A stretch of DNA of 64,000 nucleotides. It comes from an uncultured Planctomycetota bacterium (lineage in GTDB: Bacteria > Planctomycetota > Planctomycetia > Isosphaerales > Isosphaeraceae). Below are positions 21,701-34,266 of the stretch, in pieces. Numbering within the stretch: position 1 is the first letter of the stretch; each line of letters begins with the position of its first letter. A program made the translations under genes and the position numbers. The notes below the pieces were generated by a model. It had not been told where the DNA came from and searched no databases. It was given only the letters and a program-made list of their open reading frames with translations. The DNA is taken from the NCBI GenBank assembly GCA_963845755.1, contig CAWJTV010000005.1, positions 96,001-160,000 of the forward strand, in the 5' to 3' direction.

Positions 21701-24111
21701 CTGAAATCGCTCGCCGGGGCTCCCGGCGGAAGCGTCGTACCTGCGGGGAAAAGGCTGGCCAGCGGGAAGGTGAACGTCCCCACCGTCGCATTGACAAGCT
21801 GGAAGCCTTCGACGCTGTTTATAGTGACGGTCGGTCCGGGCACCGGCGGCACGGAGGGTGAGTTCAGAATGTTGATATTCGAGTAGTTGATCGCGTCGAC
21901 GATACCCGCTCCTGGCAAGGAGATGAGGACTTCGCCGGGGCGCGGACCGGGCGTGATCGTCGGGGTTAGCCCGCCGGCGTTATAGTTCAATGTGTTAAGG
22001 CCAGGGCCGCCGTTGAGCGACAAGGTCGTCCCCGTCGCGACGCCCGTGCCGGTCACGTTGGTGGTATCGGCGACCGAACTGCCGGTGTACGTGGTGGCCA
22101 CGGCCGGTGGCGTGGCGAGGAAAGAGACCAGGTCGTCGGCGACGTTCGGCATGTCGAACGCGAGCGTGGCCAGACCGGTCGATGCCGTCGGGATGTTGAC
22201 CACGCCGTTGATGCCGCTCGGAGGGGTAGCGGGCTGCACGACGAACGTGACGTTCGTCTTGTTGGCGATTGTCGTCGTCTCGAAGTTCAGAGGCGTCAAC
22301 GGCGTTGGCGTGTTCGTGAACTGGATCGTGTTGAAGCCACCAACGACCAGGCCGTCGCTTGCACTGAACGACTGGTCCGGGAAGCCGAAGTTGTTGAATG
22401 TGTAGTTCGACGCGCCGGCCGTGTCGTTGATGGGTTGGAGGCCGGTGTAATCGAGGCCCGTGCTCGTTCCGACCGAGTCGACGAGGTCGATCGAGCCGTA
22501 CTGACCGACCTGGGGGAAGACAGTCTGGTCATTGGCATTGTGAATCTCGCTAGCGAACGGGCCCGAGGGGAGCGTGCCCATCAGGTTCAAGGCATGGCTG
22601 CCTGATGCACTGGTCGCGTTGGCGCCGGCATTGAAGACCAGGCCCGGCACCGTGCCCGACGGGATCGGATTGCCATTGGAGAAATCGATATTCATCACCT
22701 GGGTGCCGGATGGTCCGGTGTCGATGGTCAGCGGACTGATCTCGGACGTCGTATAGGTGATGGCCCCTGGGGAGAGATTGGTGAACGTGCTCTGGGTCAT
22801 GCCCCCGGTCAGGGTGAACGTATGGCTCGCGGTCGCGGCGGAGGCGTCGAGTGTCAAGGCTGTCAACCCATCCACGTTGTCGATCGTGATCGGGTCGAGG
22901 ATGCCCGACATGTCGCCGGCCTTGCCGAGGTCAACCGTGTCCGATCCGGCCTGGCCGTGGAGGTTGAGTGCACCGCGGGTCGCCTGGACATCGACCGTGT
23001 CGTCGCCGGTGCCACTGTTAAGTGTGGTCGTGCTGCCGACGGGAAGCGTGTTGAGTACCGTGAATGTGTTGCCGCCCTGGGGGCTGCCGCCTCCGTCGAT
23101 GGTCAGACTGGTCACGGCGTCGGTGTAGTTGATGGCGGCGGGGGCCAGTCCGCCGATGAAGTCCGAGTTGACTATGACCGTGCGTCCCGTCGTATCGGCC
23201 GAATCGTCCACCGTGATCGTCGTCGGGCTGAAGAGTTCCAGAGTCCCAGCGATGCCCTGGACGCTGCCGGCGTTACCGATGTTGGCCGTACTCGGTGCCC
23301 CTCCGACGTCCAGGATGCTGTTGGCGGTGGTGGCCAGGACGTTGAACGTGTCGCCGCCAGTACCGGCGCTAATTCCGGTCGTGGCGCCGCCTGACGGAGT
23401 ACCGTCGATGGTGATGGTATCACTGTTCGAACCGGCGTCCACCACCAGGCCGGTCAGACTCGCAGACGTCCAGGATATTTCTCCGATCGTACCGGGCGTC
23501 GTAGTTGTGAAGGAGGTCGGATCGAGCGTTGATGTCAAGGCAGGGCCGCCCGCATTATCGATCGTCAAGTTCGTGGACGAACCAGCAGCCGAATTGTTGA
23601 GCGTAACGGATGCCGCGATGCCCGAGAGACCGGTAGCCGCGTCGCCGACCGTCACGATATCGGCCAAACCGGCCGCGTTCGTGATGGTCGTTGCGTTGCC
23701 CAGGGAGTTGAGATCATAGGAAATCGAGGTTACCGTCGGAGTTAAGTCCAGGGTGGCAAAATCCCGAACGACCTTGTTGACGGGTACAAGAGTCGCCTCG
23801 TCGGCGGTGACCTGCGTGTAGGTGAATGCGGCGTCCACCGCCCCGGGAGTGACCCCGGTGCTGTCGTCGAAAGTGTACGTGTCTGTCGATGGATTGAAAG
23901 CGAGCCCCACCGTTGCGGTCGCACCGGAAGAACCAGTCACGGCGCCGCCCGACGTCACTGAGATGGACGATGCCAGCAATGTGCGGTCTTCGAGGCGCTC
24001 AAGTGAGTTGATCGTTCGGCGTCGGCGGGAATCAACGCGGCACTTTCGCATTTTCTTGCGAGACGCAACCGTGCGATCCGGGCCAACAGCAACGAGCCGG
24101 AAGTCCACCAT
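18729..24111 (-). CDS. Large Thr/Gly-rich surface/adhesin-like protein with PKD-like WGDG repeats and an Ig-like domain (~1,800 aa); frameshift near 20080
   Basis: Planctomycete-type N-terminal 'LERLEDRTLL'; beta-strand repeats; five 'WGD(G/S)' modules; Ig-like 'VTNNPQPDFSGTSEP...ITATAVD'; His-rich tail; ORFs 20044..24171 and 18729..20072 join; GGAG before ATG 24111. Confidence 0.8.
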
Positions 24112-25379
24112 GGTTGTACTCCAGGTTGATAACGATTGTGAGGAAAAGCGAAAGATTGAAGGCTCATGCAACCGACGCGCGCACTGTGCACCAGGCCTGC
24201 TAAAGCGGAGATTCCCCTACGCTGGCGCCGCACCACCAAGGCGCCCTCTGAATCAGCAGAGCCACTCAACTCTGCAATGCTCGCCCAGTTTCCCGCCCGA
24301 GATCGCTACGGAGGCCCTAAAACTAAGACCGTACGTCTTTTGGATTTCACGAGAGTGACATCCTCCCGAGTTTATCGCCCCAGTTGCCGATCCGATCGGT
24401 TGACTCAGGCTCGGGCCGCAACCTCGTCTTTCATCCTACAGCATGTCTGGTGAACGCCAGGCTCCGAGCGGACCGGCTGTGTCACACGACCGACGACAGC
24501 ACCGACCGACGAGAGCCCTCAAATGATGCAACCCGACGGAGACCTTCCTGGAAGCTTCTCCACCAGGATTCCTCGCCCTACCGCGAGGAATCCACATGGT
24601 TAATGCTCTGCCAAGAGGATGGACTCCGCTCCGCGGGATTCATCCTGACTGCCGAACACCCACGGAATCTGACGCGGGAATGTGGATCGACGTCCGCCCT
24701 CCGAAATCCCTGGCGACCATGTCTTGCCAAGTCGAGCGGAGTCCGACTCTCACCAGACTGACCACCCCATCAATTCGAGACGGTGCAGAATCGCACGCCA
24801 CAAGTCCCTCGGGGTTGTTGCACCTCATTCCCATTCCGGACTCGTGAGTATCGGGGTCCTCCCGCGGCTCTCTCCAACTCAAAGACGCTTATTCATGATT
24901 CAAAAGGCCATGAAAAGCGTTAAAGCGCATCTTGCAAAGGCACTCTATTTTGATGAGTCGATTCATCCCGTGCAGCTATCCTAGCATGCCCAAGCTGGAT
25001 AGTTAGTCTAGCGACGTCACAAGATAAGGCAAGAAAAAAACCCCCGAAAACCCCCAAATACTTCCAGTACTAGCCGTTTGTATTGCTTGTGCGTCGAAAC
25101 ACGGCCTACGAAACTGCTTCAACATTGAATAATCCGCAGTCTCGAAGCACAGATATCCGCGCATGCTTGCTGTGTTGATTGATTTCCTGATGGGCTTCAC
25201 GGCTTTGGTCCGATAAGCCATTGAGCAGTTTATTGATTCTATAATAATATTAATGATTGATAAATTGTGGAGTTTGAAACGATTCGGCACGATCGTGTGT
25301 TCCGCGGAACGCCGAGCCTCGTCTCGCTACGGAAGGCGCTCCGAATCCTGACTGTCCGCACTCGAGTGGGCGAGTGGGA

Positions 25380-26520
25380 CTATGGTTGGTGTATGACTCG
25401 GCTGGCGATCTCGCCATCCGAAAGGCGGGTGACGAGGATCTGTCCCGGTGCGACCTCGTCGGCGGAACGGATCAAGGTCTGGCCGTCCTGATGGAATGTG
25501 AGGCTATATCCACGGCCCAGGACGGCCAGCGGGCTGAGGGCTTCGAGGCTGGCGGCGATCCGGGCCAGTCGGTGTCGACGATCCTGGAACCCTTGATGCA
25601 CTGCGTGTTGCGCTCGCTCCGCGAGGCGGTTCAGTTGGAGGCGGGCGTCGACGAGTCGAGCTCGTCCGACCAGCCGAAGACGGTCGGCCAGCCGGTCGAG
25701 GTGGAGGGTGACTTCGCGGCAATCCGGGACAGAGACCTCGCCGGCCTCGCTGGGCGTCAGCGCGCGGCGGTCGGCAGCGAGATCGGCGAGTGTCACGTCG
25801 ATCTCATGACCGATCCCCGTAACCACGGGCACGCGAGAGCCCGCGATGGCCCGGGCCACGGCTTCTTCGTTGAAGGTCCAGAGGTCCTCCAGGCTGCCAC
25901 CGCCGCGGGCCACCACGATCAAATCGGCGCCGGCGACTCGGTTGGCTAATTCCAGGGCCGCAACAACTTCGCGGTCTGCCCCATCTCCCTGGACCCGAGT
26001 CGGAGCGATCAGGATCTCGGCCGTACGCCAACGCCGGCCTGTCACCTGGAGCAGATCGCGGATCGCCGCGCCGGTCGGGCTGGTTACGATCACAATCCGT
26101 CGGGGGAAACGCGGCAGCCGTCGCTTCCGATCCGGATCGAACAACCCTTCGGCTGCCAGTCGGGAGAGCCGCTGCCGGAATGCCAGTTCCAGCGCCTCCG
26201 ATCCCCTCGGGCTCGATCTGACGGACCGTGATTTGATAGTCGCCGCGCGGTTCGTAGAGCGTCAGGGATCCGATTGCCCGAACCGCCAGTCCGTCCGTCA
26301 AGTCGAAGGGCAGCAACCGCGCCTCGCTCTTCCAGATGACGGCCCGGATCGATGCCGATTCATCCTTGAGCGTGAGATACACATGCCCCGACTTCGGTCG
26401 CGCAACGTTCGAAACCTCCCCATGCAAAGCGACTTCTGCAAATTGCTCCTTCAACGCCTGCTTGATGCGCGCCGTCAACTCGGAGACCGACTCAAAGATC
26501 GTACTGAAGGGATGGGGCAT
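25380..26520 (-). CDS. xseA: Exodeoxyribonuclease VII large subunit; frameshift near 26200
   Basis: 'GEVSN...SGHVYLTLKD', 'VTSPTGAAIRD', 'RGGGSLEDLWTFNEE', 'GIGHEID', 'LSPLAVLGRGY'. Confidence 0.93.
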
Positions 26521-26685
26521 CCTTCGGTTTTCCTTGTTGAACAGAACGAATCAGGGCACCGAATCGGCAAGAGAACCTTCGGACGAGGCGGGAAACCGGC
26601 GCGATGTTGACATCTTGGACACGCAGGCGTCTCTTGTGGGGAGCTATTCTACAGTCAACCTCGAAAACCGAACACCATAGACCGA

Positions 26686-28554
26686 ATGCCGAATAATATG
26701 CCAACTCCCGTCCACCGCTCCTGGTTGTCGAGGATCGCTCGGGTCGCCATCCTGGCTGGTGTCGGGAGTCTGGCCGTCGTGGCGTGGCTACTCGGTCCCG
26801 CCTGGTTCCGCATGTTTCAGAATCAGGTTTCTCCCGAGGTCGGCCGCAAGATCGCCATCATTTATCTGAATGGATTGCTCGTCGGCTATGCGCTGGGGCT
26901 GACCGGGTCCGTCGGAGTAATCGGGTCCGTTCTGGTCATTCGCATGAGGACGCGGAGAGAGACGGCCCCGCGGCGTCGCCGACAGGCCCGACTCCTGGCC
27001 CTCGGAGCAACGATCTTGATCAGCCTTCTTGTCCTTGACGCGGGTGCTGCGGCGTGGCGGGCCTGGTTGAGTCGCCGACCCCGGCTGCCCGAGATCAACG
27101 GCAGTCACGCCCCCGCCTCGACGGAGGTACCCATGCATCCGTTCGACGCTGTGGTCCCCGAGCTACCGAGCCAGTTCGCCGCCGGAAAGGTCGGGAGCGC
27201 TGCTGCCTCCGGACCGCTACGAATCCTGGTGATCGGAGAGTCTAGCGCGCGGGGCGTCCCTTATGATCCCTGGTTATCCGTCGGACAGATCGTCGGCTGG
27301 AAGCTCGAGTCGGTCTTCCCCGACCGGCCGATCCAGGTCGAGACCTGGGCCAAGGGTGGGGCCAATCTGGCTCAGATGCACAATCGCCTGGCCGACTTGA
27401 CATATCGTCCCGATGTCCTGATCGTGTATGTCGGCCACAACGAATTCCAATCGCGATACCCCTGGATGCGGGATCCGGACTCCTACTACCTGGACGAGAT
27501 ACGCTCGCTGTATGCGCCGAAATCCCTGACGGGGATACTGCGGTATTCGGCATTTTGCCGACTGGTGATGGAAACATCCGAACGGCAGAGAGTCAGCTTG
27601 CGTCCGCCGCGGCGAGTGACGCGCAGACTGGTCGACCGGCCCGTATGTACGGCGGCGGAAGCCGCGCGAATCCTTGCGGATTTCCGCGCGCGGCTCGACG
27701 CGATCGCGGCCTATTGCGAGACGATCGAGACTCTGGGGATCTTCATCATTCCGGCGTCGAACGACGGTGATTACGACCCGAGCCGTTCGTATCTGTCCCC
27801 CGATACGCCCGTGGCCGAGCGGATGGCCCTTGCGCGGTCGGTCGCGATGGCACGCGCCCGCGAAACGAACGACCCGGCCGCGGCGATGCAGATCGACCGC
27901 GAAGTCGTGGCACGACATCCCGAATTCGCCGAGACGCATTTCCGTCTGGCCCGGCTTCTCGAGCAGCGCGGCGAGTGGGACGAGGCGCGCCGGCATTATG
28001 TCGAAGCGCGCGATCGCGACGGCATGCCCATGCGTTGCCCGGAGGGCTTCCGCCAGGCGTACCGGGACGTGGCCGACAAGCACCCGGCCGTATTACTGGT
28101 TGACGGACCACGCGTCCTCGAAGCGGCCAGCCCGCACGACATCCTGAACGACGGGTTGTTCCACGATGGGCAGCATCCCAACTTGCGCGGCTATGTCGCG
28201 CTGGCTCAAGACCTCCTCGATCAGCTTTGTCGCCGACACGCCCTGGGCTGGCCTGCGGCGGTAGAGGCTCCCCGAGTTGATGCTGAAGCCTGTGCCCGTC
28301 ACTTCGCGCTCGACGCGACCCGCTGGGCGTCGGTCTGCCGTCGCGAATGGTCCTTCTACCACGTGGCCGCCTATACGCGGTACGATCCGAAGTACCGCAA
28401 CGAGAGGGCGGTCGACTACCTCCACGCCGCCGAGGCCATCGAAGCGGGACGGCCACCGGCTGAAGCGGGGATACCCAGCGGCGCCCTGCCTCCACGGCCC
28501 GCACGTCCGCCCCGTGTCATCCCATCGATGCCGGCCGATCAATCCTCCCGGTAA
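26686..28554 (+). CDS. Membrane-anchored SGNH/GDSL-like protein with a TPR segment
   Basis: N-terminal TM helices; 'LVIGESSARG', 'YVGHNEF', DxxH 'HDGQHPN'; TPR-like 'AETHFRLARLLEQRGEWDEARRHY'. Confidence 0.7.
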   Translation: MPNNMPTPVHRSWLSRIARVAILAGVGSLAVVAWLLGPAWFRMFQNQVSPEVGRKIAIIYLNGLLVGYALGLTGSVGVIGSVLVIRMRTRRETAPRRRRQARLLALGATILISLLVLDAGAAAWRAWLSRRPRLPEINGSHAPASTEVPMHPFDAVVPELPSQFAAGKVGSAAASGPLRILVIGESSARGVPYDPWLSVGQIVGWKLESVFPDRPIQVETWAKGGANLAQMHNRLADLTYRPDVLIVYVGHNEFQSRYPWMRDPDSYYLDEIRSLYAPKSLTGILRYSAFCRLVMETSERQRVSLRPPRRVTRRLVDRPVCTAAEAARILADFRARLDAIAAYCETIETLGIFIIPASNDGDYDPSRSYLSPDTPVAERMALARSVAMARARETNDPAAAMQIDREVVARHPEFAETHFRLARLLEQRGEWDEARRHYVEARDRDGMPMRCPEGFRQAYRDVADKHPAVLLVDGPRVLEAASPHDILNDGLFHDGQHPNLRGYVALAQDLLDQLCRRHALGWPAAVEAPRVDAEACARHFALDATRWASVCRREWSFYHVAAYTRYDPKYRNERAVDYLHAAEAIEAGRPPAEAGIPSGALPPRPARPPRVIPSMPADQSSR

Positions 28555-28630
28555 GAGCCACCCGGGCCCGGTCCGGATCTGCTCAGTCACACGGAAATTC
28601 AATTCGAGTTTCAAGACTTCAAGATTCAAC

Positions 28631-28707
28631 AGACTTTATCAGAAACGAGGATTACCCTGCGATCTCTCAAGTTTTTCGGGGCAAGTCTCTTTTATCTGAT
28701 AAAGTCT
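28631..28707. repeat. 13-bp inverted repeat between convergent genes (terminator stem or small MITE)
   Basis: AGACTTTATCAGA (28631-28643) / TCTGATAAAGTCT (28695-28707). Confidence 0.5.
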
Positions 28708-28803
28708 AATCGAGAGGATCCCGATACGCTCGTTCCGCCTCGGGCCTTGCGTTCGTTGAATACTGAGTATCGAGTTTTCTCGCTCATTCCTTCACATCGA
28801 CCC

Positions 28804-29987
28804 TCAGCGGAACAGCTTCGGCGCAAACTCGTTCAAGTAATGGCGCCAGTTGATCCAGGTGTGTCCGCCTCCGCTGATGTGGAGGTCGTGCCGGATGCCG
28901 TGCTTTTGCAACAGCGCCGACAGGCCCTTGGAGCCGTTCAGCAGAAAGTCCTTGTCGCCGACACTGATCGAGAGCAGCTTGTTGGACTCCTTGAGCTGGG
29001 CGGATCCGTTGAAGAAGGATTCATGCTGCTTCTCGAATTCCTCCGGGTTCCCTCGAAAGGTGGCCGCACTCCAGAGGCCGACATAGGCGAACTTGTCTGG
29101 GTGGGTCGTGAGGACTCGTAAGGTCTGGCCCCCCCCCATCGACAGCCCCGCGATCGCCCGGTGCTCGCTTCCGCTCAGCACGCGGTAATGCTTCTCGATC
29201 GAGGGAACGACCTCCTTGAGCAGCTCGTCGATGAATCGATTCTGGGCGGCTTCCATCGCGGCCCGAGCCTCCGGGGACGGGGTTGATCCGGGCGTGATTC
29301 GCGGGAAGTTCGCGGGACGCGGCAGGCTGCCATTGGGCATCACGACGATCATCGGGACCGCTTTGTTGTCGGCGATCAAATTGTCGAGTATAAATCCGGC
29401 GCGGCCGATCGTGCTCCAGCCTGCATCGTCGTCGCCGGCGCCGTGCAGCAAGTAGAAAACCGGGTACTTGTCGCTACTGCCCTCGTAACCTGGTGGCGTA
29501 TAAATGTGCATGCTCCGTAACGAGTTGAGCGTGCCTGAGTGATACCACCTGATGTGGATCTCGCCGTGAGGGACGTCCCGCGTGGCTTCGAATTCTGCGT
29601 CGTCTCCGGGGACCAGGAACATGCTGGACACGCTGGCGATCCCCGGCTTGACCACCGCGTTTTTCGGGTCGAGGGTCCTGACGCCATCGACGACGAAAGA
29701 ATAGCTATAGAAGTCGGGTGTGAGCGGGCCGACGGTGATCGACCATACGCCCTTGTCATCCTTCGACAGCTTGCCGCCCCCGAAGTCGCCGGAAACCGAG
29801 ACCTCGGTGGCCTTCGGAGCGTAGATTCGGAAGGTCACCTTGTGGTCGTCGGCAACCTCCGTCAACTTCAGGGTAGCATTGGGGGTGCGATCTCCCCGAC
29901 CGAACTGGGCCTCGGCCGGGGTGTTCCCAGGCCCGACAGTGCCAGCAGGGCGATCGAACCGATCGAAGACATGCGCGACAGCATCAT
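28804..29987 (-). CDS. Secreted esterase (enterochelin-esterase/CE1-like) with an N-terminal CBM48-like domain; frameshift just after the signal peptide
   Basis: '[10 protein letters not shown]', '[11 protein letters not shown]', nucleophile 'GLSMGG', 'GGHTW'; signal peptide in the adjacent frame from ATG 29987 with AGGAGA RBS. Confidence 0.85.
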
Positions 29988-30228
29988 GGATGCATCTCCT
30001 GGAAGAGGGACAGACGCGACTCGTTCTTGCCGCGAAGGCAAGAGACGTGCGTCGGCCGGAGGGTGAGCCTGACCCCGAAGAGATTGACGACTCCGTTCTA
30101 TCTGAGCGTCATTCGTAGCACGATGCACCAAGAAAACGCAAAAACGTGTGTAGCGCATCGTGCATCGGAAAGACATGGCCCCGGAAACCAGCTCTCCAGG
30201 GTCATCTCGGCTCGTGACGACGGCTTTT

Positions 30229-31228
30229 TCAAGCGAGTCGGTTTACCGTCCGGATGGACTTGCGTCGGCGTCTGCGGAACGTCTGTGCGCCTGGGGTCGT
30301 AGTCGCGGGCCGCGGCTCGTAGCAGGGCCAGATCAGGTGGGCCACGGCGTCAGCAGGGGCATTGGCAATTCGGCTTTCAAGCTGCCTGAGATAATCGGCG
30401 ACGGCGATGGACTCGTCTCCGGCTTTGAGCCATCCGAGCGGTTCGATCTCGAGAGCGAACCGGCCTCCCGGTGCATGAGTGCAGAAGACCAGAAAGACTG
30501 GTGAATGGGTCAAGACAGCGAGCTCGGTCCAGATGGCCAGCAGCCGTTGGGGCCGGCCCAGCAGCCGGCCGGGACAGGTATTCGGCCCGTTCCAAGGGAT
30601 GTCGCCGTTCATGTAAATGGCCATACCATCGCGGAGGGCGGCCCGCGCGCGAAGGAGGCGCTCGACGGCCCCGCACGGGGTCAGGTCTCGCCGCAGGAAC
30701 AGCTCGGATTGCGGATGTGGGCCGCCCATGTCAAACCGGCGATTCAGCTCGTGCGAGACGTGCCGAGGGCGTTGGACCAGCAGCCGTAGGGGAACACCAC
30801 GTCGATAGAGCCAGTGAACCCCCGCGATATGGGCCCCAAGGTGGCTACCCACCAGGATCGCACCACGGCCACCATCCAGCGCCGACTGAAGCCGTCCATA
30901 ACCGTGCACGTCGAAGCGGGCCAGAACCTCCGCGTCCGGCTGGCGATCTAGCGGGTAGTCGCGAGCCAGGAACCGGGCGGTGTTCGCCGCAAGGGCCGGC
31001 CAGGTCGCCTCGAGCGGCCAGTCCGCCTCGAGCGCATCCCCGGCGCGCCGCAACGCCGTGCGCAACCGCGCCCGACGTTTCGGCTGCATCGCCAGTCCGA
31101 TGCGACCCAGCAGGCCCAGAATCCGGTCGCCGCGCGATGGCCCTAGCCATCTTCAGCGCGGGCAGGAGCAGGTCGTAAAAGACGAACTTCCAGCTCCAGA
31201 GCCGGCGTAGTCGTCGCCTCACGTGCAC
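30229..31228 (-). CDS. Lysophospholipid/lipid A acyltransferase-like protein (LpxL/AlmG-like); frameshift near 31140
   Basis: 'VHGYGRLQSALDGGRGAILVGSHLG', 'ALRDGMAIYMNGD', 'LESRIANAP...W'; start overlaps the adenylation-enzyme stop. Confidence 0.65.
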
Positions 31229-32815
31229 GCTCCCCCCCCGGCGGCCAGGGATTTCAGGCGTTGATAATCGACCTTATCGGTCGAGGTCATCGGCAGACCG
31301 TCCACAAACCTGATCGTGTCGGGGACCATGTAATGGGGCAAGTACATCGTGCAATGTCGCTTCATGGCGATGATCGACCGCTTCTGGCCTGGCTTCAGTG
31401 CGACGAATGCCTCGATCGAGACTCCGGTCTCCTCCGATCGTGCCACGACTCCGGCTCGGTCCACCCCCTCGTGGCGATAGAATGTTCAACTCGATCTCGC
31501 CCAGCTCAATCCGATAGCCCCGACGCTTGATCATTCGGTCGCGCCGGCCGTGGAACACATAGCAGCCCGAGCCGTCATCGCACACGAGATCTCCGGTGCG
31601 ATACCAGCGCGTGCCGTCTTCGCGCTGGAGGAACGCTGCGTTGCTCAACTCGGGCTGGCCGAAATAACCGCGCATCACGCCGGGCCCGGCGACCACCAAC
31701 TCGCCAATTGTCCCGGGCGCGACGAATTCGCCCTGCGAGTCGACGACTCGAGCGCAGAGCGGCGGACAGACCCGGCCGATGGGGTAAGGCTCGTTCCGGT
31801 CGTCGGGGATCGAGTCCGGGATCGGATAGGCCGTGCAGACGTTCGTCTCGGTCGGGCCGTAGAGGTTCCACATCCTGGTCCGCGGCCAGGCCGCTCGGAG
31901 TCGCCGCAGCGAGGCGATGGGAAAGACCTCGCCGGCAAAGAGGAGGAGCCGCGGCGCTGGGAAACCCGGTAGGTCCACGCGTCCGTGATCGAGCAAAAGC
32001 GCCAGGATCGACGGTGCCGAGTACCAGACGTCTAGCTGTCGATCGGCCATGAACTCGCCTAGCCGACAAGGGTCCTTGCCTAAAGTCTCGCCGACCAACA
32101 CCAGGGTCGCTGCGCTCTGGCAAGACCCAAAGAGGTCGAACACCGAGAGGTCGAAATGCAAGGGAGCGTGCGAGCCGAACCGGTCACCGTCGCGCCAGGG
32201 CCCGAGTGCGCCTCGACACCACTCGAGAAAGGTCAAGGCATTGGCGTGGGAGAGCATGACGCCTTTGGGTTGGCCGGTCGAGCCCGAGGTGAAGAGGATG
32301 TACGCCAGGTCGTCCTCGGTATGCGGAGTAGGAAGCGGCGAGGGGGCGTCGTCCATCATGACCTCTTTCCAGAGTGCATCGCGATGTGCGCTCAGGTCCG
32401 TCGTCATGGTCTCCTCACCGGCGACGATCAAGCGAGGCAGTGGGCCATCGTCCGGCCATGCCCCGCGGAGTGCGGGTGCCAGATGAGCAGCGACGACCAC
32501 CGCCTTGACGCCCGCTGAGGCCAGGATTCGCGCGGCCCTTGGGGCCGGGCTCGCGGGGTCGACCGGCACATAGGCCGCGCCCGCGCGGAGGATCCCGTGC
32601 ACGGCGGCCACGGCCTCGAGCCCCTTGGGCAGCCACAGGCCAACGCGATCTCCGCGACCGGCACCCCAGCGGACCAGTCGCGTTGACACTCGATCCGCCG
32701 CCCAGAGCAATTCTCCGTAACTGAGTACGGCGCCCCGTTCGTCCTCCACAGCCGGACGATCCGGCCGTCGCGCGGCGGCCTCGTCGAGAAGTTGACTTAA
32801 ATGGCGTCCATCCAT
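31219..32815 (-). CDS. Stand-alone amino acid adenylation enzyme (DltA-like); frameshift near 31480
   Basis: 'AYILFTSGSTGQPKGV', 'HFDLSV', 'NLYGPTETNV', 'YRTGD', 'RGYRIELGEIE', 'LPHYMVP...KVDY'. Confidence 0.85.
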
Positions 32816-32954
32816 GAGCACCCTACCTGCCGCGGCCCTGCCGCAACCGAATGGAAGATTCGAGATTTCAGATCTCTCCAGACTTCAAAAACGATCACTC
32901 TTGCAATCTAAAGGCCAGAGTTCGCGACCCCGCCCGATCCACTGCGAGCGGATG

Positions 32955-34266
32955 TTACGGGCTCAGAATCGGTCCGCCGCTCTCGGAGAGCCGTGAATCG
33001 CCCTCGTTACTACGCTCGGCAGCCTCCGTATCGGAGTGTACGGGGCCGATCGGTCCGTGTCTTGTTGCCTCGCCAGCCGCGGCCTGGCTTTCGGGTCTCA
33101 ACTCCTGGAGACCGGAGGTCTCCGGCGGGAACAGCAGCCGGGACAATGACGCGTCCGCAGCGACGGCCTGGGCCAGGGCAACGAAAAGTCGCTCGTGTCC
33201 CACCGCGTTGGGATGGTCGTCCCAGGCGGCGATCTCGAGCTTCGCCGGGTCATAGGGGTCGAATGTATTTGAAAGGTCGAAGACGGAGATCGCATGGTGG
33301 GCCGCCAGGGCCTTCAGGCGCGAGACCGGTTCGGCCCGGATCTCCGGCGCGTTTCTTTGCCCACTCGCGGAATGATCACCATGACGAGGGGTATGCCCGC
33401 CGAGCGGCATTCCGCTGAGAGCATACCGATCGTCCGATCGTACAAGCCCCAGTAATAGGGCCTTAACATCGCCTTGATCCGATCCTTGTGGATCAACTCC
33501 CGTTGGTCATTCAGTCGAAGGTCACCGGCGGTCACGCCGGCCTCGCTGATCGCCTGCCTCAGGAAAGGGTACCGCAGGTTGACGCCATTTCGGAGCATTT
33601 CGAGCAGGTGGATCTCCATCAGACGGACATCGAGCGTCGTGGCCGAGTAGATGACCAGGTCGGGACAGAACGCGAGTCCGTTGCGGTGAAGTGTCTCGAA
33701 CCTCTGGAGTGGGCTGTAAGCCGCGACGGCGAAATTCAAAACCTCGAATCGGCGCGACCGGAGCGATCCTCGGCCGGTCGAGACGGCATCCAGCCAGTCC
33801 TGCAGCCGATTGGCGTAGGTATCCTGGTATCTCACACCCCATCCCATATCCATCGACGCGCCCAGCACGGCGATCCGGAATGTGCCCTCGGGCTTCTCGA
33901 GCGTAACCTCGCCGTCGTGCATTCCGAACGAATTCGTCACGAACGGCTGACCGCAGAGCGTCCGTTGGACTCGGGGCTTGAGCTCGAATTGGAGGAAGTC
34001 GTCATCGAGGTAACGGACGACGCCGGCTTCCTGAAAGCCGATCCAGCCCTCCGGCCTGCCGACGTTGGACCCGCCGAGGATCTCCTCGTAGTAGCCGACC
34101 ACGTGGGCCTCTCGTTCGCCGAGTCGCGGTCCAGTGGATCGCGCGTATCGAGGAGGGCGTGGATTCCGGACCAGTCGGCCGGCCAGGAGACCAGGCCCAC
34201 GATCAGTAGCACCAGGGGATGAAGTAGTCCGGCCCGGGCTGCTGAGCAGATCTGTTGATAAATCAT
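32955..34266 (-). CDS. SGNH/GDSL hydrolase-fold protein; frameshifts near 34110 and 33355
   Basis: 'TNSFGMHD', 'RIAVLGASMDMGWGV', 'EVLNFAVAAY', 'WDDHPNAVGH'; TM N-terminus in ORF 33937..34266. Confidence 0.75.

Noticed and set aside
24112..25379. Riboswitch or ncRNA in the long leader of the surface protein
   Set aside because: No recognisable conserved motif by eye; an Rfam search would be needed.
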